Positions 62,569 to 64,000 of a stretch of DNA of 64,000 bases are shown here, one piece after another. The stretch lies in assembly GCA_047967505.1 (NCBI GenBank), contig CM106538.1; one strand, written 5' to 3'. Made by a program: the position numbers and the translations under genes. This DNA comes from Dipteris shenzhenensis (lineage: Eukaryota). Numbering within the stretch: the stretch's first letter is position 1; each line of letters opens with the position of its first letter. The notes below the pieces were generated by a model. The model saw only the letters and a list, made by a program, of their open reading frames with translations. It was not told the origin of the DNA and ran no database searches.

Positions 62569-64000
62569 CACCATGGTTTGTGTTTTTTCATGCTTTTTTT
62601 GAATATGGATATAGATGTGTTTGTTCTATGTGATCAAGGGAAACACTTTTAAATATGTAAATGTAACACACGAGTTTAACTACAAGAGGGCTTTTTCAAT
62701 AGTAAACACTTACTACATTTTATAAAATATACTTTTGGAAGAGGTGCTCTTAATTGGGTAAGTCTATAAGCTTATATTTAAAAAGGGAATTTTTATAGCA
62801 TTAACTTTTATAAAGTATGAGACTGATTTTGGGCATATCTTATGCATATCACTTTGGTTTCAATTGGAGCCATGTTTGCTTATTTGTGGTTTGCATTGGG
62901 TCGTAGTGGTTACTTTAGAGGTCATTTGGATGCATTGTGGTCCTTGTTGGATGTGTTGGTATGCCTAGATTGCCTTGTGAGATGCTCTATTTTGATGAAC
63001 ACTTTGCACATGGATGCTATTCTATATTGAGGGATAGCTTTGACACATTGTAGTTGATGTACTGATAATGCTATGGTATCTTGGATGAGATATTGTTGAT
63101 GCATATGGTCATGGATGGTCTTTATTCTTAAGGCATTTGGCACTTATTGACATTTGGATCTTTATTACAGTTGGCAATTTCTTTTGGGCTAGATTTACTC
63201 ATATGGATGCATATTATATGCACATGATTCAGTTGCATTTTAATGCTTTGAGCTTTGAGCTATTACTCTTGGGGTAGGGACATTGGTATTTTGCAATACC
63301 TCTAATTTGAAACCACCCAAGGTTAACATGTCAACCTCTCCTTGTGTTATGTTGGTCTGTGTATCAATGGGTCACATAACTAGAAGTGTGGGGATTAGAG
63401 AGATATTGATATCCACTCTCCAAGTGTGTGTTTGTGTAGTAAAACCACATCATCTATGTTTGTGTAGCAAAACCACATCATCTGGGCTATTGGGCCATGA
63501 TTAGGATGTTTTCTGAAGGAAAAGAAGTATGGTGAAACACATCCCTTTCTAGAATCACAAAGTGGTTGGTTGCACTTGCCATTACGTGGGGTCCACCCAA
63601 GACATTTCACATGGCTTCCCACATTTGTTCTTCTAATGGCCCAAATTGTTTGGTTCATAACTCTCTCCACCACACATTACCTATCTTGCATAATAGATGT
63701 ATTGTTGCGATTCTCATCATTGATAGTGGTGCTAGCATGAGGTGTACTCACATTGTTAGGTGTAGTCACATTGACTCCCCTTGGAGGCTTGCATAATTTT
63801 GATCCCTTGTTTTATAATTGTATTCAAAGAGATGGTTGCTTTCTTCATCAAAGTCAATGATAGTTCTCATCCTTATTCTTTGTCGGACAATCTCCCTATC
63901 ACCCTCCAAATTGGTTCTCTTATGATACATAGGGCTTCCAGCAACATGGTTCTTCACTATGCATATCACTTTAGATATAGCTTGTTTGATTTTGATGATG

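Overview
Eukaryotic land-plant genomic DNA, inferred to be from a seed-free plant such as a fern (short GT-AG introns, nested TEs). Most of the window is nested transposable elements: two full-length Ty1/copia LTR retrotransposons (13832-19731 and 33745-41065), several copia fragments, two Ty3/gypsy remnants, and a complete hAT element with an 8-bp TSD (46419-52671). One intact host gene is present, a 9-exon lipoxygenase (58990-62568). The most unusual feature is a ~6.2 kb DNA transposon at 29864-43408, split by the young copia. It has 34-bp TIRs beginning CACA, a spliced but decayed transposase with RAG1/Transib-type motifs, and convergent partner ORFs, one BAH-like. It appears to sit in an intron of a decayed beta-class DNA amino-methyltransferase (N6_N4_Mtase-like) gene. 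A second, divergent pseudogene of that methyltransferase type lies at 12401-13346. All domain calls are from manual motif reading; no database searches were run.
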